Of a stretch of 64,000 nt of DNA, positions 1 to 9,698 are shown in pieces. Position 1 is the first letter of the stretch. The number at the start of each line of letters is the position of its first letter. The notes beneath the pieces were generated by a model. The model was not told where the DNA came from and did no database searches. It was given only the letters and a program-made list of their open reading frames with translations. The translations under genes were made by a program, and so were the position numbers. This DNA comes from an uncultured Erysipelotrichaceae bacterium (lineage in GTDB: Bacteria > Bacillota_I > Bacilli_A > RFN20 > CAG-288): positions 16,848-80,847 of the forward strand of contig CACYCE010000020.1 of assembly GCA_902772915.1 (NCBI GenBank), given 5' to 3'.

Positions 1-680
1 TAGTTTCTATATATTCAACTTTCATGCAAAGAAGCTACGATGAATTACTTAATGATACTGCAAGAATGGAACTACCTATACTCTTGTTAGTCGATAGAGT
101 AGGTTTAACTGGAGCAGATGGCTCATCTCATCAGGGCATTTTTGATATGGCTATGTCGTTAACTATACCTAATGTTCATATTTATGAGCCTTATAAAGGT
201 GATTTAATATTTAAAATAATAGATAATTACGACTTTACTATTAAAGGACCGACTTTTATTAGATTAGAAAGATCCTATGAAGATATAAATGCTTCAACTA
301 ATTCAGAACTAACTTCATTCTTATTTAATAAGACCGATTCTACTTCCGCTTTTATCGGTGTAGGAACGGAAGGCTTTAAATTATATGAAAAACTACAAAA
401 TAAGTTAGATACTTATTGCTTATTAACTATCTATCCTTTCTCTGACAAATTAGTTTATTCTTTACTAAATTATGAAAAACTCTACATCTATGATCCTACT
501 TCTACTAAAGATGGATTTATTACTAAATTATTAGAAACACTAGTAAATAAGGGCTTTAAAGGGGAAGTAAAAACTTATTCAATTGAACCTCAATTTGTCA
601 ATCATTCCTCTAAGAACGAGCAATTAACTTCATTAGGCTTAGATATTGAAACTGTCTATAAAATAGTTATGGAAGAATAA
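1..680 (+). CDS. dxs: 1-deoxy-D-xylulose-5-phosphate synthase, C-terminal part (5' end cut by window edge)
   Basis: The reading frame is open from base 3 to the window start. The translation ...VSIYSTFMQRSYDELLNDTARMELPILLLVDRVGLTGADGSSHQGIFDMAM matches the DXS/transketolase C-terminal region (IYSTFLQRAYDQ...DRAG..GADGPTHQG.FD). ispG and ispH are also present in the window. Confidence 0.8.
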   Translation, partial: VSIYSTFMQRSYDELLNDTARMELPILLLVDRVGLTGADGSSHQGIFDMAMSLTIPNVHIYEPYKGDLIFKIIDNYDFTIKGPTFIRLERSYEDINASTNSELTSFLFNKTDSTSAFIGVGTEGFKLYEKLQNKLDTYCLLTIYPFSDKLVYSLLNYEKLYIYDPTSTKDGFITKLLETLVNKGFKGEVKTYSIEPQFVNHSSKNEQLTSLGLDIETVYKIVMEE

Positions 681-740
681 TTAATTGTTTTTGCAAAAAC
701 AAATTGAATTTAACGAAATAAGAAATAGGAGAGAAAACAT

Positions 741-2402
741 ATGTTATCAGAATTGCGCATATCTAATTTTGCTCTAATCGATGATTTAGACGTTTCCTTT
801 TCTTCTAAAATGAATGTCTTATTAGGTGAGACAGGAGCTGGTAAATCTTTATTAGTTGATGCTATTTCACTTTTATCTGGAAAAAGAGCAGACTTTGGTA
901 AATTGAAAGATGAATCTAAAAAAGCCCTAATTGAAGGGACTTTTACCTTTAGTGAGGACTTTATTAGGACTCATAAAGAACTAGAAGAATACATCGAAGG
1001 TAACTCTTTAACAATCACTAGAGTTCTTCTACCTTCTAAATCCGCTATCGCCAGAATCAATGGAGAGACTATCTCTTTATCTTCATTGCGAAAGGTTGCT
1101 GAGCAAATAATTGATATTCATTCTCAGCAGGATTCTTCTTTACTTTATGATGAAAAAAATTATCTATCTCTTTTAGATTCTTATAAAAGTTCTACTTCTA
1201 ATTTAAATAAGGTTAAAGAAGAATATTCAAAGGTTTTTAAAGAAATTAAAGAACTTCAAAAAGAAAAAGAAGAATTTATAACTTCAAATAATATTTCGGA
1301 TAAAGATTATTTAGAATTCCAGGTTAAAGAAATTCAAAAATTCGACATAAAAGAAAACGAAATAGAAGATTTAAATGAAGAATTAATGTCTTTAGAATCG
1401 TTTGAGCAGATAGAAAATACTTATTCTGAATTGGAAGATACTATTTCTCCTAATTCTTCTATAACTTTTTCTGATCTTATATCTAAAATTAGAAGAATTT
1501 TAATTGGCTTTAATAATTCTTCTCTAGAAGAACAAGCTAAAAAACTTTCATCTTCTCTAGAAGAAGTTGAAGAAAATATTTTAATTTTGAGTCAAAAGTA
1601 CGAAAATTTAGACTTTTCTCCTAAGAGGATTGATGAAATAAATCAAAGATTGTTCTCGTTAACTTCTTTACAAAGGAAGTACGGTAAATCTACTTCAGAT
1701 ATTTTAGAAGCTTTAAAAAGGATGGTTAAAACGCTTGAAGATTTAAATTCTTATGATGATAAATTAAAAGAATTTGAATTAAAAGAGAAGGAATTAGATT
1801 CTAAAGTTAAGGTTTTAGCTTCTAAATTAACTTCAAAGAGAAAGGACTTAGCTTTAAGTCTGGAAAAAGAAGTAAATTCTGAATTAGAAAGTTTAGGATT
1901 ACTTTCAGGAGGCTTTAAGATAGAGGTTTTAGAGACTCAAATGAGCTCATCCGGTCAAGATAATGTTTCTTTTAAGATTTGTATGAATAAAGGCTCTAAA
2001 TTTATTTCATTGAAGGAAGCGGCTTCAGGAGGAGAGAATTCTAGATTGAATCTAGCTTTAAAATCTGTATTTAATAAATTGAAACCATACGATACTTTAA
2101 TATTTGATGAGATTGATACTGGTGTAAGTGGTGCTATAGCTTCAAAAGTAGCAAATAAGATACATGAGCTATCTTCTTTTTCATCAATAATTGTTATAAC
2201 TCATTTGCCACAAGTTGTAGCTAGGGGCGATTCTCATTATTTTGCTTCTAAACAAATCAATCAAAATACTACGACTTCATCTTTAGAGAAAATAGAAGGG
2301 GAGAGAGTAGTTATTGAAGTTGCTAAAATGCTTTCTGGTGATGAATTGAATAACTCAGCAATTCAAGCCGCGAGAGAATTAATTTCCTCTTATAAACTAT
2401 AA
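741..2402 (+). CDS. recN: DNA repair protein RecN
   Basis: N-terminus MLSELRISNFALIDDLDVSF...LLGETGAGKSLLVDAISLL is an SMC-like Walker A. Long coiled-coil middle, C-terminal signature region, 553 aa. Confidence 0.9.
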   Translation: MLSELRISNFALIDDLDVSFSSKMNVLLGETGAGKSLLVDAISLLSGKRADFGKLKDESKKALIEGTFTFSEDFIRTHKELEEYIEGNSLTITRVLLPSKSAIARINGETISLSSLRKVAEQIIDIHSQQDSSLLYDEKNYLSLLDSYKSSTSNLNKVKEEYSKVFKEIKELQKEKEEFITSNNISDKDYLEFQVKEIQKFDIKENEIEDLNEELMSLESFEQIENTYSELEDTISPNSSITFSDLISKIRRILIGFNNSSLEEQAKKLSSSLEEVEENILILSQKYENLDFSPKRIDEINQRLFSLTSLQRKYGKSTSDILEALKRMVKTLEDLNSYDDKLKEFELKEKELDSKVKVLASKLTSKRKDLALSLEKEVNSELESLGLLSGGFKIEVLETQMSSSGQDNVSFKICMNKGSKFISLKEAASGGENSRLNLALKSVFNKLKPYDTLIFDEIDTGVSGAIASKVANKIHELSSFSSIIVITHLPQVVARGDSHYFASKQINQNTTTSSLEKIEGERVVIEVAKMLSGDELNNSAIQAARELISSYKL

Positions 2403-2440
2403 ATATACTAGTGGAACTACAAGAAACTACTAAATATCAA

Positions 2441-3211
2441 CTAATTATTTTCTAATTCGAGCATTTTTTCGTAAAGCCAAGTGTTTTTAGCAGATTCTAA
2501 TATTTTAGATTCAATTTTAAAAGGCTTATGTTCTAAAGAGCTAATTTTATATAAAATATAGTGATAATAGACGCAATCATAGATACTATTCTCACTGTAA
2601 TTTTTTAAATTATTGAGAACTTCATCTTTAATGGCGTAATCGACATAACCTTCTTGTAAAGAGAAATAGAATAACGACTCTCTTTTTTCATCTAAATCTT
2701 CGTCTTCTTTAATTTTTAGAGCAATTCTTTCTTCTTGGTCGAGGTTTAGATACCCTTCTTTATCATTTCTAATGATGTAATAATCTTTCTTTAACAAGTA
2801 ATAGGCATAGCGCCTTTTGAAGTCGAAGGTATCAACAGGGTATTTAGAATATAAATCTGAAATTTTTTCTAGATTACCTTGGACTTGATATAGGTAAATA
2901 AGAGTTAGTATCAACATTTGCTTTTCAGCCTTAGTAAGAGGAAGTTTACTAAACTTTTCTGCTGTTTCTAGGGCTTTTTTAAGATTGTTGTCTTTTGAAA
3001 AATTTATGTTTATTCTTCTTATTTTGGTATAGAGAATTAAATCTAAGACCCCTAGAATTAAGGCTAGTATCAGGAATGAAAGAATAATGATTAGTAAGCC
3101 TTGGACAGAGAATAGTCTTAACGAGAGAACCACTATTACAATTCCAACCCAGATGCCTATAAATATTAGTAATCTTTTAGTTGTGTTTTTCATATGTTTA
3201 GATGTTATCAT
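2441..3211 (-). CDS. hypothetical membrane protein (two N-terminal TM helices plus a cytoplasmic helical/TPR-like domain)
   Basis: 256-aa ORF with hydrophobic segments LLIFIGIWVGIVIVVLSL and LLIIILSFLILALILGVLDLIL. No recognisable catalytic motif. Confidence 0.5.
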   Translation of the reverse strand: MITSKHMKNTTKRLLIFIGIWVGIVIVVLSLRLFSVQGLLIIILSFLILALILGVLDLILYTKIRRININFSKDNNLKKALETAEKFSKLPLTKAEKQMLILTLIYLYQVQGNLEKISDLYSKYPVDTFDFKRRYAYYLLKKDYYIIRNDKEGYLNLDQEERIALKIKEDEDLDEKRESLFYFSLQEGYVDYAIKDEVLNNLKNYSENSIYDCVYYHYILYKISSLEHKPFKIESKILESAKNTWLYEKMLELENN

Positions 3212-3235
3212 TTTTAATAGATAATATTAAGTACT

Positions 3236-4423
3236 ATGAGTAAATTAAAATCTATTGTTCACATTGACTTGAATGCATTTTTTGCTCAATGTGAGGTGAA
3301 TATTAATCCTTCTTTAAAAGGCAAACCTGTCGCCGTAGGAGGAGATCATAGAAGAGGTATAGTCTCGACTTGCTCTTATGAAGCTAGAAAGTACGGAGTA
3401 CATTCTGCTATGCCTTCATATCAAGCTAAAAAGCTTTGTCCTGACTTGATTTTTGTAGGGGAACACTATTCTTTATATGGAGAAGTATCTCACCGCTTCA
3501 TGCATTATTTGAAGGAAAAATATCCAATTTTAGAGCAGGTTTCTATAGATGAATGTTATTTAGATTTAACTGATTATATCGACGATTCTAACGCCTACGA
3601 TTACTTGAGAGATTTGCAAATTCAAATCTATTCAGATTTACATTTGAAATGCTCTATAGGTTATGCACATACTAAATTTTTAGCTAAGATGGCTTCTGAT
3701 TATAGAAAACCTCTAGGTTTAACTCTAGTTACTGGAGATAAATACAAAGAATATTTTTGGCCTCTGGAGATTGAAAAAATGTGGGGTGTAGGTAAACAAA
3801 CTAGTAAAAAACTTAGAGAAATGGGCATTACTACGATAGAAAAGTTAGCGACAAGTGAATCTATAGAATTGAAAGAAACACTAGGAATTATGTACGACAC
3901 TTATATCAATTGGGCTAATGGAAAAGGAAATGATGTCGTCGATCCTAACTATTACAAAAGAAAATCTATTTCTGAAGCTACCACCTTATATAAAGATACT
4001 GACGATGAGGATGAATTGAAGGAAGTTATAAGAAAACTATGTAAATCTGTCTCTTCCTCTTTGCAATTGGAAAACTCCGTCTCTAAAACTGTAGTATTAA
4101 CTCTCAGAGATTCTAAATTTAACACTAGATCAAAAAGAAAAACCATGCCTGAACCCACCTCAGATTATGAGAAAATATATCTGACCGCAATAGCAATTTT
4201 TAATGAATTCTACACTGGTTATTTAGTTAGATTAGTCGGAGTAGGTCTAGACAATACTAAAGATGAAGAAGAAATTAAAAATTCTATGCAATCAACTTTA
4301 TTCGATTCATCTTTTGAAGAAAAAAATAGAAATAAAAGCAACAGGGAACTAATCGAAGAATTAAACGATACCAAACACAAAGGTATGTTTAAAACTTTAA
4401 AAGATTTGGAGGAGGAAAAATAG
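3236..4423 (+). CDS. dinB: DNA polymerase IV (Y-family translesion polymerase)
   Basis: HIDLNAFFAQCEV...KPVAVGG...IVSTCSYEARKYGVHSAMP...SIDECYLDLT are the typical DinB/UmuC motifs. 395 aa. Confidence 0.9.
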   Translation: MSKLKSIVHIDLNAFFAQCEVNINPSLKGKPVAVGGDHRRGIVSTCSYEARKYGVHSAMPSYQAKKLCPDLIFVGEHYSLYGEVSHRFMHYLKEKYPILEQVSIDECYLDLTDYIDDSNAYDYLRDLQIQIYSDLHLKCSIGYAHTKFLAKMASDYRKPLGLTLVTGDKYKEYFWPLEIEKMWGVGKQTSKKLREMGITTIEKLATSESIELKETLGIMYDTYINWANGKGNDVVDPNYYKRKSISEATTLYKDTDDEDELKEVIRKLCKSVSSSLQLENSVSKTVVLTLRDSKFNTRSKRKTMPEPTSDYEKIYLTAIAIFNEFYTGYLVRLVGVGLDNTKDEEEIKNSMQSTLFDSSFEEKNRNKSNRELIEELNDTKHKGMFKTLKDLEEEK

Positions 4424-5302
4424 ATGCGTATATCCGAATGTATCGACGATTTTCTCGCCTACTTAACTGTAGAAAAAGGCGATGTTAAAGCCACTATTGA
4501 GACTTACACAGACGATTTAAATCAGTTTAAAGAATTCATGGCTGACTGCGATGTCAAAGATTTAAAAAGGGATGATATCTCAGCTTTTATAGATTATTTA
4601 TCAAAAAAGGGATTGCGAACCTCAACTTTGATTAGAAGAGGAACTACAGTTAGATGCTTCTATTTGTATTTAGGTAGAGAAGGATTGATAAAAATTTCTT
4701 TAAATGGACTTTTCTTACCTAAAGGTGAGAAGCATTTACCTAACGTCTTAACTACTTCGGAAGTTGAAGTCCTTCTAGATGGATTCAATTTAGAAAAAGA
4801 AAATGAAATTAGAGATAAAGCCATGATGGAAGTGATGTACGCTTCTGGGCTGCGTGTAAGTGAACTTCTTTCTTTAGAAAGAGGCAACATTAATATTCAA
4901 GAAGGTTACCTTAAAATACGAGGCAAAGGTGAAAAAGAGAGAATCGTACCTATAGGAGAATACGCTTTAGGATATCTAATTAATTACATGACTACAGTAA
5001 GAAATAAAAATGTTGGTGCTAAATCTAAATACGTATTTTTAAATAAGGCAGGAAAGCCTATTTCTAGACAATATTTTTGGAGACAAATTAAATATTATGC
5101 TTCTAGAGCTGGTATAGAAATTGAGCTTTCTCCTCACACTTTAAGGCACTCTTTTGCAACTCACTTATTAGAAAATGGAGCGAACTTAAGACAAGTGCAA
5201 CAGATGTTAGGACATTCTAAAATTGAGACAACTCAAATCTACACTCACGTCTCTACAAAGAGAATCATTTCTGCTTATGATCGCTTCATGGAAGGGAAAT
5301 AG
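4424..5302 (+). CDS. site-specific tyrosine recombinase, XerC/XerD family
   Basis: Catalytic R..H..R..H..Y set: GLRVSELLSL, HTLRHSFATHLLENGANLRQVQQMLGHSKIETTQIYTHV. The start codon abuts the dinB stop. Confidence 0.85.
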   Translation: MRISECIDDFLAYLTVEKGDVKATIETYTDDLNQFKEFMADCDVKDLKRDDISAFIDYLSKKGLRTSTLIRRGTTVRCFYLYLGREGLIKISLNGLFLPKGEKHLPNVLTTSEVEVLLDGFNLEKENEIRDKAMMEVMYASGLRVSELLSLERGNINIQEGYLKIRGKGEKERIVPIGEYALGYLINYMTTVRNKNVGAKSKYVFLNKAGKPISRQYFWRQIKYYASRAGIEIELSPHTLRHSFATHLLENGANLRQVQQMLGHSKIETTQIYTHVSTKRIISAYDRFMEGK

Positions 5303-5365
5303 TTATAACATTGATTGAATTAACTTTAATTATAATTATAATTAAATACGGAAAGGTTACTTATT

Positions 5366-6574
5366 ATGAACTATAAAAAATATAAAAGAATCTTTGTTAT
5401 TGTTGCTGACTCACTAGGAATCGGTTACGAAGATGACGCTGATAAATATTTCAACGCTGGGCAAAATGACGTTGGCAGTAATACTTACGTCCATATCGCT
5501 GAAAAGATGGGTGGATTAAACATTCCTACATTAGAGTCGATCGGCTTAGGTGATTTAGCGGATATTAAAGGTGTCAAAAAGGTTTCACACCCTAACTCTA
5601 TAGCGACTACTTTAACAGAAGCTAGCGTAGGTAAAGATACCATGACTGGACATTGGGAAATGATGGGTATCAAGACTACTAAACCTTTTATTACTTTTAC
5701 TGATACTGGTTTTCCTCAAGAATTAATTTCTTATTTAGAGAAAGAATGGGGAAGGAAGATTATTGGAAATAAGTCAGCTTCTGGTACTGAAATTTTAAAT
5801 GAATTAGGTGAAGAACAAATTAGAGATGGCTCATTGATCGTTTATACTTCCGCTGATTCAGTTCTACAAGTCGCTGCTAATGTTGAACACATTCCTTTAG
5901 AAGAATTGTATAGAGACTGTGAAATTGCTAGAGAGAAATGTAAGGAAGAAAAATACAGAGTTGGTAGAGTTATCGCTAGACCTTACATAGGTGAAAAAGC
6001 TGGTCAATTTAAAAGAACTAGCGATCGTAAGGACTATGCTTTATCTCCTACTGGTAGGACTGCTATGGATGATTTGAAAGATAAATCTTATGAAACTAGA
6101 GCAGTTGGTAAGATTGGTAACATCTTCAATTTTGAAGGTATCACCTCTAGTGTCCATACTGATTCTGATGAACATGGTATGAAGATTTCTACCGAATACT
6201 TGAAAGAGGATTTTACTGGGCTTTGCTTTGTTAACTTAGTTGAATTTGATTCTGAATATGGGCATAGAAGAAATCCTATAGGTTATGGTAAGCACATAGA
6301 AGAATTTGATAAGTGGTTAAAAGTCTTCATTGATAATATGAACGATGACGATTTAGTTATAGTTACTGCTGATCACGGTAACGATCCTACTTGGGTAGGA
6401 ACTGATCACACAAGGGAAAAAGTACCTTTCTTAGCTTATTCTAAGTCTATTAAAGAGGGAAGATACATTCCTGAAAGACATTCTTTTGGTGATATAGGTA
6501 TGACTATTTTAGACAATTTTGAAGTTGAGCCTTCTGCTAATTTGATTGGTAAATCAGTTAAAGAAGTCTTTTAG
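5366..6574 (+). CDS. deoB: phosphopentomutase
   Basis: 402 aa. N-terminal VIVADSLGIGYEDDA and C-terminal VTADHGNDPT metal-site motifs of the DeoB / alkaline phosphatase superfamily. Confidence 0.9.
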   Translation: MNYKKYKRIFVIVADSLGIGYEDDADKYFNAGQNDVGSNTYVHIAEKMGGLNIPTLESIGLGDLADIKGVKKVSHPNSIATTLTEASVGKDTMTGHWEMMGIKTTKPFITFTDTGFPQELISYLEKEWGRKIIGNKSASGTEILNELGEEQIRDGSLIVYTSADSVLQVAANVEHIPLEELYRDCEIAREKCKEEKYRVGRVIARPYIGEKAGQFKRTSDRKDYALSPTGRTAMDDLKDKSYETRAVGKIGNIFNFEGITSSVHTDSDEHGMKISTEYLKEDFTGLCFVNLVEFDSEYGHRRNPIGYGKHIEEFDKWLKVFIDNMNDDDLVIVTADHGNDPTWVGTDHTREKVPFLAYSKSIKEGRYIPERHSFGDIGMTILDNFEVEPSANLIGKSVKEVF

Positions 6575-6590
6575 AAAGAAAATAATTAAA

Positions 6591-7697
6591 ATGAATAAAA
6601 TTAAAATCTTAACTCCGGTATTAACTTGCTTTTCGCTTGTAGGCTTATTCGGATGCAGTAACACTTCTGCTTCTTCTGTTAGCTCTAAAACTATTAGCTC
6701 TGCAGTAAATTCCTCTTCTTCGCTAGCTGTATCTAGCGCTGTCGATACTTCTAATTTGAAGATTGTTTCACCTGTAGGAGCACCTAGTTTATCTTTGCAA
6801 TCATTCATGAGAGATAATTCTACTAATATCACTTTAGGTACTCCTAAAGATGTAGTTTTGCCAGCTTTGATTAAAGGGGAAGCCGATATAGTTATCTTCG
6901 ATCTAGCTACTGGCGCTAAGCAGATAGCTGCTGGTAAAATCAATAATTACACTGTCGTAGGTGCTTTAACTTTAGGTAATGTAGATATCATCGCTACAGC
7001 TAGTGGTAAAAATAAGCAATTAGATGACAATGCTTCTATCTATTCTTTTGGTACTAATTCCATCTTTACTGGTATTTTAAGAAGCGTCTATGGCTTATCT
7101 AGCGATAAAGCCATTCCTGAACTAGCTGATACTTCTGTAGCTGCCACTGCTGCTTTAACTGGCTTAGTTGAAGGGAAGGAAGTTGATTTTGTCCTAGTTG
7201 CTGAGCCTCAAGTTACTAGAATCTTATCCCAAGAAGGTGCTACTTGCTCTTTATATGCCAATTTAACTGCTAAATGGGCTGAATATTCTTTAAATCAAGG
7301 CTTAAATGGCGGTAAAGGTTATTCTGGATATCCTCAAGCTGGTATCTTCTTAAACAAGAAGTATGAAGATAAATCTCAGGACGCTTTAATTAATTCAGCT
7401 TTAGATAAAATCTATTCAGCCTCTGCTGATTTTGCTCTTAATAGTGGTAAAAATGTCTTAGCTGCTATCAACGAAGATGTTAGCGCAGGAAAATATCAAA
7501 GCAATGCTTTTGGAGTTGGCTTACCTATGATTACTAAAGCCGCTTCTAGTCAAACTAACCCTTCTAAAGTTACTAATGCCTTGGGTTTTGCCTCTAATAA
7601 GAACTTCGATTTTAACAAGTTCTATGCTGAGGCTAAATTATCTGGCTATCCTGCTATCAAATCTCAATATTTATCTTCTTATTGTTCAAATAAATAA
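6591..7697 (+). CDS. lipoprotein, putative ABC-transporter substrate-binding protein
   Basis: Signal peptide with lipobox LVGLFG-C, then a Ser/Ala-rich linker and a ~300 aa periplasmic-type domain. The track's 6546 start is a TTG; the ATG at 6591 (MNKIKIL) is the likelier start. An ABC permease lies downstream. Confidence 0.6.
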   Translation: MNKIKILTPVLTCFSLVGLFGCSNTSASSVSSKTISSAVNSSSSLAVSSAVDTSNLKIVSPVGAPSLSLQSFMRDNSTNITLGTPKDVVLPALIKGEADIVIFDLATGAKQIAAGKINNYTVVGALTLGNVDIIATASGKNKQLDDNASIYSFGTNSIFTGILRSVYGLSSDKAIPELADTSVAATAALTGLVEGKEVDFVLVAEPQVTRILSQEGATCSLYANLTAKWAEYSLNQGLNGGKGYSGYPQAGIFLNKKYEDKSQDALINSALDKIYSASADFALNSGKNVLAAINEDVSAGKYQSNAFGVGLPMITKAASSQTNPSKVTNALGFASNKNFDFNKFYAEAKLSGYPAIKSQYLSSYCSNK

Positions 7698-7702
7698 TTC
7701 AA

Positions 7703-7726
7703 TGCTAGGTAATAACTGGCATTTTA
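7703..7726 (+). terminator. weak rho-independent terminator candidate after the lipoprotein gene
   Basis: tgctag-gtaataa-ctggca stem (6 bp including one G-U pair) followed by TTTT. Confidence 0.3.
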
Positions 7727-7760
7727 TGGTTAAATAAATATATATATTAAGAATCTACAT

Positions 7761-9698
7761 ATGAGCGATACTAAATTAAAGAAAACTTCTTCGAAGCCTA
7801 AAGAAGTAACAAACCAGGCAAAAAAAGAGGAAAAGCAAACTAAAAAAGCAATTCAAAAAGAGAAGAGAGAAGCTTCTTTAGAATATAAAAAAAAGAAGTT
7901 AGTTACTAAAGTTGATTCTTCAACTTTCAAAGATTCTTCAAAAAATGATGACGTCTTAGAAGAAAGAGAAGTTAACCGTTCTAACAGCATTAAAATAATT
8001 GATTTTAATAGTGCTGAAGCTAAAAAAGAAGAACAAGAAGAGAAGTTAGAAGCAGAGAAAAAAGCTTTACCTGTTGAGGAAAATCTTGAAAATAAAGAAG
8101 AAGTCGAAAAAGAAGTTCATACTGTTGAAAAGCCTCCTAAAGAATCAGTGGCTAATCGCCTTTTCAATTACTTACGTAATCGAAAAACAACTTTTGTCGA
8201 ACTATATAGGAATAGACGTAATGATAATATTCACCTAGTTAAGGGCATGGTTCCTTTTACTACGGCTTTACCTCATGCTTTAGTTCAGGTGCTAGTTTTG
8301 ATTATGGCGAATTTAACTCCAGTATTAGTAGTTATGGCTAGTGTTAAATTCTCCTCAGCTCTTCCTATGTATATTGGAGAAGTGCATTCTTCAGTTACTG
8401 CTAATGCTATTCAAGCATCATTGTTGTGCGCTGGTGTAGGTTCATTACTACAAATCATACCTCTATTTAAGATGGGTAGTAGATTGCCGACGATGATGGG
8501 TAGTTCTTTCACGTTTATGGGCTGTTTATGCTTGATTATTGAGTCTTTAGGTGCAGATGGATATGGAACTGTCATCTGCTCTTGTTTGATAGGTGGGGCA
8601 GTTTTATTCGTCCTCTCATTTTTTGCAAAATATTGGATTAAATATTTAAAACCTATTGTATCCGCCACAGTAATTATCTCCGTCGGTCTAGGTTTAGTTG
8701 AAATTGGTGTTGAACACCTAGTCTCTATCGATCAAGTTATTTCTTTATCTAAAGTAGTTCCTGAAGTTTATGAATTTAGATATGCGTGGCCTTTCTTAAT
8801 AATCGGCTTTGTTACTTTGATTACTTGTATTATTTGGCAGGGAACAATCAAAGGTCCTTTGAAAGAAATCTACGTTGTCGTAGGTGTTATTGTAGGGTAT
8901 ATTTTATCTTTGATTTTCAACCATACTATGCCTGAATTGCACATCATGGATTTCTCTTTGTTAAATAGTTACAAAACTTCCGGTCTAGATGTTCCTCACT
9001 TTGTCCATCCTTCAGTATTAAAATTCAATTTTGGCGCCACTTTATTAGTCGTTGTCATCTACTTAGTCATGGCTACAGAATCTATAGGTGATGTTATGGC
9101 TACTAGTAGAACTTGTTACGGAAGTAAGCCTAAAATTGAAGAAATTAGCGGCGCTTTAGCCGTTGATGGATTAGTTTCTTGCTTAGCTTCGGCTTTAGGT
9201 ACTCCTCCTTTAAGTACATCTAATGAAAACGTCGCCTTTATTTCTGTTTCCTATATAGTAAATAAATCAGTTATGGTAATTTCTTCCTTAATTATGATAC
9301 TTTTGTCTTTCTCACCAGCGGTTGCAACCATCTTAGAAACCATTCCTGAAGCGGTTCTAGGTGGAGCGATGATGTTAGTTTACGGTTATGTCTTAATGAT
9401 TGGCTTTAGAATGTTTGCTAGGGCAGGGTTCTCAAAATATAATGTCTTAACGTTCACCTTATCTTTAGGTATTGGTTATGGTATGTCTAAATTAGGTGAA
9501 GAATTCTTTAACACGACTACATTCCCTGGTAACACAAAGTATTTCGGTTTCTTCTTAAGAAACCACGAAGCTATGATGTTCTTAATTTCATTGATTCTAT
9601 CTTTAATTTTCAAAGACAAGAACCACGACGATCGAATAGATTTCTTAGAAGTAGCAAGTCAGATATCTGAAGCGAAAGAAGGCGCCTTTGATGAATAA
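7761..9698 (+). CDS. NCS2 (nucleobase:cation symporter-2, xanthine/uracil permease) family transporter with a ~160-aa Lys/Glu-rich N-terminal extension
   Basis: NCS2 signature blocks: ALPHALVQVLVLIMANLTPVL (GxQH..AM-like TM1), SLLQIIPLFKMGSRLPTMMGSSFTFMG, ATESIGDVMATSR (NAT motif). About 12 TM segments. Confidence 0.75.
   Translation: MSDTKLKKTSSKPKEVTNQAKKEEKQTKKAIQKEKREASLEYKKKKLVTKVDSSTFKDSSKNDDVLEEREVNRSNSIKIIDFNSAEAKKEEQEEKLEAEKKALPVEENLENKEEVEKEVHTVEKPPKESVANRLFNYLRNRKTTFVELYRNRRNDNIHLVKGMVPFTTALPHALVQVLVLIMANLTPVLVVMASVKFSSALPMYIGEVHSSVTANAIQASLLCAGVGSLLQIIPLFKMGSRLPTMMGSSFTFMGCLCLIIESLGADGYGTVICSCLIGGAVLFVLSFFAKYWIKYLKPIVSATVIISVGLGLVEIGVEHLVSIDQVISLSKVVPEVYEFRYAWPFLIIGFVTLITCIIWQGTIKGPLKEIYVVVGVIVGYILSLIFNHTMPELHIMDFSLLNSYKTSGLDVPHFVHPSVLKFNFGATLLVVVIYLVMATESIGDVMATSRTCYGSKPKIEEISGALAVDGLVSCLASALGTPPLSTSNENVAFISVSYIVNKSVMVISSLIMILLSFSPAVATILETIPEAVLGGAMMLVYGYVLMIGFRMFARAGFSKYNVLTFTLSLGIGYGMSKLGEEFFNTTTFPGNTKYFGFFLRNHEAMMFLISLILSLIFKDKNHDDRIDFLEVASQISEAKEGAFDE

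Noticed and set aside
3700-4158. Antisense ORFs 3700-3900 and 3952-4158 inside dinB
   Set aside because: They lie entirely within a well-conserved CDS on the opposite strand, have low-complexity composition and no SD. This is typical AT-rich antisense noise.
6546-6590. Extended N-termini proposed by the ORF track (6546, 9688, 21664, 30080, 32576, 42312, 43540 and others)
   Set aside because: These start codons are TTG or GTG placed upstream of good SD+ATG combinations. The shorter ATG starts (6591, 9691, 21691, 30098, 32540 with uncertainty, 42297, 43534, and 29978, 35945, 51047) fit the SD positions and the conserved protein N-termini better.
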